Source: an uncultured Bdellovibrionales bacterium (GTDB taxonomy: Bacteria > Patescibacteriota > Minisyncoccia > Moranbacterales > UBA1568). Taken from it: a stretch of DNA of 53,419 bases. The position numbers and the translations under genes are program-made. Within the stretch, counting starts at the first letter, position 1, and the number at the start of each line of letters is the position of its first letter. This document shows positions 48,306 through 53,419 of the stretch, piece by piece. Location: assembly GCA_964543815.1 (NCBI GenBank), contig CAZIZG010000001.1:182265-235683 (forward strand), given 5' to 3'. The notes under the pieces were generated by a model that was given only the letters and a program-made list of their open reading frames with translations, was not told the DNA's origin and searched no databases.

Positions 48306-48391
48306 TTTTTGTCCCTTAAAAAGCTATAATAGCCGTACAATGTTGCCTAAACTTCTACCCTTAAAAGGTAGAGGCATGGCTCAATAATAGA

Positions 48392-48440
48392 ACCTACGCG
48401 AATAAAAACGGTCTTCCGACCGGCACTTATTCGCGTAGGT
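48392..48440. repeat. Perfect 14-bp inverted repeat built from the ACCTACGCGAA motif
   Basis: ACCTACGCGAATAA (48392-48405) and TTATTCGCGTAGGT (48427-48440), with an inner GGTC-TTCC-GACC hairpin. Confidence 0.85.
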
Positions 48441-48544
48441 CGATAGCTCGAAAGAGTTATCGGGCAGTTTCGAAAGGAATTGTCTGCTTTGGTCGGAGGA
48501 CCATTTTTGTATCTTAAAAATCTCAATCGGATCTTAATCAAAAA

Positions 48545-48555
48545 ACCTACGCGAA
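48545..48555 (+). promoter_or_regulatory. ACCTACGCGAA leader motif, 4 nt upstream of the ATG at 48560
   Basis: AAACCTACGCGAA-acct-ATG. No purine-rich SD is present. Confidence 0.4.
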
Positions 48556-48559
48556 ACCT

Positions 48560-49009
48560 ATGATTAACGACAAAGAATTCAAGGGCTACAACGGGACACT
48601 CATCCTCACAGATACAGGGGTTGTAATAAAACGTGGACTCAAAGGCGTCCTACTTGGAGGCGGTATGCTGCGGGGAGATAAAACCATTCCCTACCGCAGT
48701 ATCGTTGCCGTGCAATTGAAAAAAGCAGGAATGACTGCGGGTTACCTACAGTTAACTCTCAAGGGTGGCTCTGAATCAAAGGGCGGATTGTTTCAATCCA
48801 CAACAGATGAAAATAGTATCAATTTCCATTTCAATAAGAATAAGGACTTTGAAGAGGCGAGGCAGCTGATAGAAGAAAAGATTAGTAGCTCAGAAGGAAC
48901 AGGCAGTACCAATCTAAACAATCTTGAAAAGTTAGCCGAACTGAAAGACAAAGGGATTATTACTCAGGAGGAGTTCGATCAAAAGAAGAAGATGCTCCTT
49001 GGTCTTTAA
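48560..49009 (+). CDS. Bacterial PH-like (DUF4429-like) domain + C-terminal SHOCT domain protein
   Basis: GTLILTDTGVVIKRG...IPYRSIVAVQLKKAGMTAGYLQL, then LEKLAELKDKGIITQEEFDQKKKMLLG. Confidence 0.65.
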   Translation: MINDKEFKGYNGTLILTDTGVVIKRGLKGVLLGGGMLRGDKTIPYRSIVAVQLKKAGMTAGYLQLTLKGGSESKGGLFQSTTDENSINFHFNKNKDFEEARQLIEEKISSSEGTGSTNLNNLEKLAELKDKGIITQEEFDQKKKMLLGL

Positions 49010-49030
49010 TTCTGAAGAATGAGATAAGAA

Positions 49031-49041
49031 ACCTACGCGAA
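49031..49041 (+). promoter_or_regulatory. ACCTACGCGAA leader motif, 4 nt upstream of the ATG at 49046
   Basis: AAACCTACGCGAA-cact-ATG. Same spacing as the copy at 48545. Confidence 0.4.
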
Positions 49042-49045
49042 CACT

Positions 49046-49747
49046 ATGAATCAAGAAACTCAGTCTTTGGGACAGACTCAAAACAACCCCAAGAAGCCCT
49101 GGTACAAGAAATGGTGGGTGATTACTATAGCCATCATTCTCTTCTTTCCGGCGATAGTAGATATCTTCGATGGCCCAGATGAAGAAAGTAAAAGTGAAGT
49201 AACGGTAGTACAGCCCGCTGCCGAAGAAGTGAAGAACGATGCACGGGCCGAAGTAGAGAAAGCTCCGGAGACACCGCCTGCACCCAAGACCGATCAACAG
49301 ATTCTTGAAGAGAAGCTCAGTGGTATGGTCAGTAGCATCGGCGGTAAAGATATGACCTATCGAGGGATGGATATCCAAAAGACTGACGCTGATCGTCCCA
49401 AAGATACGAAAATGGTGACGGTCAAAGTAGACCTGAAAAGCTTCTACAGTAAGAACTCACTTCTCCGAGATACAGGAGAGCTTTCCACATCCATTTTTCA
49501 ATCCGTATACGATGTTCCAAGTATCCAGGCTTATGATGTCATTGTCTGGTACTATGCTGAAACCACGGATCGCTATGGGAATAAGAAAAATGATGTTGTT
49601 CTTACCTACTTTATCGATAAGCCAACTTATGGAAAGATTAATTGGCAAAACTTCGACAAGAAAGCGGCTTGTGATTTCCTAGAGCAGGAAGCGAAGATAT
49701 CCGGCACTATGGATACGGGCTGTAAAACACTCGTGAATATCCAGTAA
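49046..49747 (+). CDS. Membrane-anchored hypothetical protein
   Basis: 233 aa. N-terminal KKWWVITIAIILFFPAIV anchor, acidic/Pro linker and a C-terminal globular part. No family recognised. Confidence 0.5.
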   Translation: MNQETQSLGQTQNNPKKPWYKKWWVITIAIILFFPAIVDIFDGPDEESKSEVTVVQPAAEEVKNDARAEVEKAPETPPAPKTDQQILEEKLSGMVSSIGGKDMTYRGMDIQKTDADRPKDTKMVTVKVDLKSFYSKNSLLRDTGELSTSIFQSVYDVPSIQAYDVIVWYYAETTDRYGNKKNDVVLTYFIDKPTYGKINWQNFDKKAACDFLEQEAKISGTMDTGCKTLVNIQ

Positions 49748-49756
49748 GCAAACTTA

Positions 49757-49784
49757 GTAAAACCGCCAGTGATGGCGGTTTTAC
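49757..49784. terminator. Bidirectional terminator between convergent genes
   Basis: GTAAAACCGCC-AGTGAT-GGCGGTTTTAC, a perfect 11-bp stem. Confidence 0.7.
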
Positions 49785-49825
49785 TATATTGTTAAAGGTA
49801 GTGATTCTTTGGATGCTGAACACCT

Positions 49826-52729
49826 CTATCCAAGACGATATTTCTGCTGTCTCTGCCGGAATGCCTCCGATCCCCCCTCCAGAACTTTAACTGCACGATC
49901 ACGGATAATAGGATTTTCGATCGAACCAGAAATGTACGATATCTCTCCGTTATCTCGATTTGCAATGATAATCTGTTCAGCATCACTATTTATAACTACA
50001 TTGCCATTGTTCGATGCCAAGATAACTTGACGGTATGTCTTTGCCTGTCGGATAGCGCGGACTAACTCATCCATAATAAACTCGTTATCGAGGTGGTCAT
50101 CGTGCGAATCGATAATAATTGGCTTGTCTCCCTGTGCAAGGTAAATTTTGATCAATACTGTTGCTTTCTGTCCAAGAGAAAGTTTAGACAAGGAGGTATT
50201 CTTGTATTGTACTGTGGGTGTCACGGAGAGGTAATCGGCGTACAAGAAGCTATAGAAGTCACCAATACTAATCGCCTTGGAACTTTTGAGCTTATCTTTG
50301 TGTTCCAGGTTAAGCTTGTCCACCTCAGCTACTAAATCCACGATTTTCGTCTCGTCACCTTCAATGACTTCTTTCATGAGAATCAAAAACTTGGCAAAGA
50401 TAGACTCTCCATTTTTACCAGCTACCTCCACTTTTCGGTTATCCATTACATCTTCCGCTGTTTGAAGAAATCTGTCGGAATCGAACTGTATTTTCACTCC
50501 GAAGCTTAGATCAGAAAGCACATCAGCCTTCTCAGACGAGAAAGTAGCAATGATTTCCTCATACTTCTTCTTTTGTAAAATAACTGTCTCGATCAACTTT
50601 TTAAACAGAGTAGTCCGGTCTCCTACTGAGACGCTAAGCGACTGCTCATCTTTTTTAAACTGTTCTGCTTTCGACTTTATAGAGATAATAGCTACCTCAA
50701 GCTCAGCTTTTTTATCAAGTAGCTTCGCATGATCTTTAATGCCCGCCTCAAAACTCGCAAGTTCTCTTTGTGCGACTTCTATATCTTTGACTATTGAGGT
50801 GATCTCGTTTTTAACCTCGACTGTTCTACCCTCCAGTTTCGATTTCTCACCGTAAGCAATAAGATCAAGGGTTTCAGCTATCCCAAGTTTTGTAAGAACC
50901 GTATTGATGGAAGTAAGCTGGCGATTAAATGCTACCAGGTCCGTGTCGATAAAATGCACAGCACTAGCAAGAAGGTTCTTGAGAATCGCGAGGTCCTCCT
51001 TTTTGGCTTTAAGATCGGAAATGATTTTTTGTTTATCCTGCGCGACTTTAATTTTTTCAATACTTTGAGCCTTTGCAAGCTCTTTAATACGTTCCTCGAT
51101 ATCCTTCAACTCAGCTGCCTTTTGCTTCGACTCAAGTTCTATAGATTGGGCGATATCTTTTCCAATTCGCTGTTCCAAAAAAACGATACTCTCATTTTTT
51201 TGAGAGAGACTTTCCTGGGTTTCACTAACGCCTTCAGCTAATTGCTCAAATTCGAAACTTTTTACAGTGTCTTTTATCTGCGGACTTTCAAATACAAGGT
51301 TTTTCACGTATATATCAAGGTCAGAGTCATCACCGATGTATTTTTCTAACTCACCCTGTGCAACATAAACGATGCCACTATCTTGAAAAAATGCGTCATC
51401 GCAAACATCCTTCTCGAAAGCTGAACCATCTTTAAAATCAAGTTTTGTTTTGATTACAGGACTTTGATCAGATATGCGTCGCACGAATGAGTTAGGATCA
51501 TCCGTATGACATCGATCTATGTAACAGTTTGCGATCAGGTCAACGAAGGCAGTCTTTCCTCCGCCCTTACCTCCCGTAACGGCAACTAATCCTGCGTTAA
51601 GCGGAATCTTAGTTTCCTTAATTGAAAGCTCGGTGCCTATCGTTGATTGACTGATACTGAACCCCGCTAGTGTGTATTTACTCTTTAGTGGTGTTGGATC
51701 TTCTTGCTGAATAACAACTCGCTCAGAGGGCTCATAGAGAAGCTGCTTGAGCCCTTCAAATGTCGGGTCTGCTTTTATCCATGCATTTCTGAGCTCACAA
51801 TAGTGTTCGCTGTTCGCACAATCGTGGTCTGCTTTACCACGATGAGCACAGGGGTGCCCAATGTATTTTATTTCGTGGGCATCAGATCCATGCAAGCAAG
51901 GTTTCAGTGTCTTAAACTCATCGATGAACTTCCCTTCGCCTTCCCCATAAGGGGGCCGCCCCAACGCCCACTCTCGTGTTTTTGGGTTTGAAGACAGCAG
52001 AAAATCTGATTTCTGTATCAACACTTTTCTTGTTTGGTGATCTCGTGAATTCCAATCTATACCACTAAGATCCTCATCTGCTACCACGCCCATAAGGTAT
52101 TTTCCTTTAAATTTTGATGGCGCACCCTCCAAAATACTCGTTATCTGACTGTCATCAACAACAGCGCTCATCATGCCAATGTGTATATCAGATCGGTCCT
52201 GAAATTCTTTGTGCTGTGTTTTCAGCTTCGCACCCAAGGTCGTGAGATTGGAGATCTTCAATTTCGCCTTTTCCTCCGGGTCCTGAGGGTTACCCTCGTA
52301 GACAAAATCTATGTCATGCAAAAAGTTTTCCTCAATAGACTTTATTGGTACATCTTCGGCAAAAAGAACATGAAAATTGATGCTACTGTCACCAACGAAT
52401 TTATTGAGACGAAATTCGATATTTGGCAGCACCAGTATTTTTAATATTTTCTCAATTTCGTCGGCTGTGAAGAGTGCCTGCAATTTCGCTGGGTCACCCA
52501 GGTATTCCTCTTTAATTTTCTTATAGCCATCAATAGTGAAGTAATCGGTAATCCCGAGTACCGCAACATCCTTAGCAATGGCAGTTTTGAACAGGCCTTT
52601 GACATACTCATCCCAGTCAGCCGGAAACTGGCTATTCAAATGTGAGGCTGGCGTATGCACATGGAGATCCCACTTGCGCCAGACTGATCCTTTTTGGTAG
52701 GGAAAATTATCACTCATAGGAATACGCAA
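49826..52729 (-). CDS. 967-aa fusion: N-terminal PHP phosphoesterase + Rad50/SMC-like ABC ATPase with a long coiled-coil insert
   Basis: PHP motifs WDLHVHTP, NIEFRL, NFHVLF and HGSDAH. Walker A TGGKGGGKT (aa 384-392, nt 51554-51580). About 450 aa that is largely heptad-like and K/E/L/I-rich. ABC signature LSLGQ (aa 850). Walker B PIIIDSHDD (aa 870-878). Confidence 0.8.
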   Translation of the reverse strand: MRIPMSDNFPYQKGSVWRKWDLHVHTPASHLNSQFPADWDEYVKGLFKTAIAKDVAVLGITDYFTIDGYKKIKEEYLGDPAKLQALFTADEIEKILKILVLPNIEFRLNKFVGDSSINFHVLFAEDVPIKSIEENFLHDIDFVYEGNPQDPEEKAKLKISNLTTLGAKLKTQHKEFQDRSDIHIGMMSAVVDDSQITSILEGAPSKFKGKYLMGVVADEDLSGIDWNSRDHQTRKVLIQKSDFLLSSNPKTREWALGRPPYGEGEGKFIDEFKTLKPCLHGSDAHEIKYIGHPCAHRGKADHDCANSEHYCELRNAWIKADPTFEGLKQLLYEPSERVVIQQEDPTPLKSKYTLAGFSISQSTIGTELSIKETKIPLNAGLVAVTGGKGGGKTAFVDLIANCYIDRCHTDDPNSFVRRISDQSPVIKTKLDFKDGSAFEKDVCDDAFFQDSGIVYVAQGELEKYIGDDSDLDIYVKNLVFESPQIKDTVKSFEFEQLAEGVSETQESLSQKNESIVFLEQRIGKDIAQSIELESKQKAAELKDIEERIKELAKAQSIEKIKVAQDKQKIISDLKAKKEDLAILKNLLASAVHFIDTDLVAFNRQLTSINTVLTKLGIAETLDLIAYGEKSKLEGRTVEVKNEITSIVKDIEVAQRELASFEAGIKDHAKLLDKKAELEVAIISIKSKAEQFKKDEQSLSVSVGDRTTLFKKLIETVILQKKKYEEIIATFSSEKADVLSDLSFGVKIQFDSDRFLQTAEDVMDNRKVEVAGKNGESIFAKFLILMKEVIEGDETKIVDLVAEVDKLNLEHKDKLKSSKAISIGDFYSFLYADYLSVTPTVQYKNTSLSKLSLGQKATVLIKIYLAQGDKPIIIDSHDDHLDNEFIMDELVRAIRQAKTYRQVILASNNGNVVINSDAEQIIIANRDNGEISYISGSIENPIIRDRAVKVLEGGSEAFRQRQQKYRLG

Positions 52730-52794
52730 GTGTACTACGAAATGTGGAGAAAATCCATCTCCTTAAATACTTCCTTTTTGAGCTATCAACAGTC

Positions 52795-53301
52795 CTATCG
52801 GAACTGCACTGGAGGTACATTTGCTAGAATTTCTCTTGAGAGCGCAAATGTCCTCTCTATTAGAGCCTGGTCCATGCCAGATTTTTTATCGTCTTCGTAG
52901 AGCTTGCTGAGATGCTCGTCCCAGTAATCCCTGGTATCCATTATGAGCGCCCACAACTGCTTCAGTTCTTCATCCGTTTCTTGGTTGATGACACCTCTTG
53001 CAGAATACATCCAAATTGAAAGCGCAGCCGCTTCTGTGTTACTGCCTCTTTTCCGTAAAGTTTTGACTGCGTCCTGTAAAGGCGGCAGCATGAAATAACT
53101 CACATCAGAAGAGAGGCTAGGCTGTCCATCGGGTAGTTTAAAATGACCTTCGTTCTGAAGTCCTGCTCTAGTCCAAGTGCTGTATACAAAGTAATCAGCA
53201 AGCTGTCTTTTTTCTAACGGTCGATATAGTTCGACCAATGCCCTGATGTCATCTTGATAACTCGCGACCGCATGCCTGTGAATGAAGCTAAATATGCCCA
53301 T
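52795..53301 (-). CDS. Hypothetical 168-aa protein, upstream partner of the PHP-ATPase
   Basis: Co-oriented with a 65-nt gap to the ATPase gene. Composition looks helical. No motif recognised. Confidence 0.5.
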   Translation of the reverse strand: MGIFSFIHRHAVASYQDDIRALVELYRPLEKRQLADYFVYSTWTRAGLQNEGHFKLPDGQPSLSSDVSYFMLPPLQDAVKTLRKRGSNTEAAALSIWMYSARGVINQETDEELKQLWALIMDTRDYWDEHLSKLYEDDKKSGMDQALIERTFALSREILANVPPVQFR

Positions 53302-53367
53302 ATGACTAAAAAATGACTTAATGCTCGAAATGAGGCACTCGGGTCATCCGATACTCAATACTCAGTG

Positions 53368-53419
53368 CGGAGAGGGAGAGATTCGAACTCTCGAGGGTTT
53401 TAACGCCCCGCCACGTTAG
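53368..53419 (-). tRNA. tRNA-Ser (probably anticodon GCU), 3' portion; the 5' part lies outside the window
   Basis: Minus strand: T-arm GAGAG-TTCGAAT-CTCTC, acceptor 3' strand CCTCTCC plus discriminator G, and a long variable arm. The anticodon loop ends ...CUAA, so the anticodon is NCU. CCA is not encoded. Confidence 0.8.

Noticed and set aside
48392-49041. CRISPR array, because of the repeated ACCTACGCGAA motif
   Set aside because: There are only four short copies, one of them inverted. Spacing is irregular (about 25, 105 and 476 nt), two copies are tied to start codons, and no cas genes are present.

Overview
53.4 kb bacterial window with compact genes and standard stop-codon usage. TGA acts as a stop, for example in the ATGA tmk/dut overlap. 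The gene content fits a small-genome, CPR/Patescibacteria-like organism, but that is inference only.

Three blocks:
(1) 1-28.4 kb, core genes. These are the dnaE 3' end, miaA and gatB; a six-gene dTTP-synthesis cluster (dcd, thyA, folA, a kinase, tmk, dut); secE-nusG-rplK-rplA; gatC-gatA; ligA; an ~11 kb single-strand type IV pilus locus (pilM/N/O-like, pilB, pilT, pilC, two pilins, pilD, three pseudopilins and a FISUMP-domain protein; no secretin); and clpC-like plus comF.
(2) 28.4-43.2 kb, a dense copper/metal-homeostasis island, all on the minus strand. It holds two P1B ATPases, a multicopper oxidase, DUF411, DsbA, a CopZ-like protein, an HMA-membrane-cupredoxin fusion, a CuA-like cupredoxin, a CsoR/RcnR-like protein, DUF302 and SHOCT. 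A ~400 nt structured non-coding stretch lies at 29.9-30.25 kb.
(3) 43.2-53.4 kb, a phage-derived module (ParB-methyltransferase, small and large terminase, large serine recombinase) without structural genes, followed by cargo next to a partial tRNA-Ser.

The strongest candidate for an undescribed system is the cargo pair at 49826-53301 (minus strand). It is a 967-aa single-chain PHP phosphoesterase + Rad50/SMC-like coiled-coil ABC ATPase with an upstream 168-aa unknown protein. Two neighbouring genes share an unusual ACCTACGCGAA leader motif in place of a Shine-Dalgarno sequence.

All calls come from reading the ORF translations and the DNA by eye. No searches were run.
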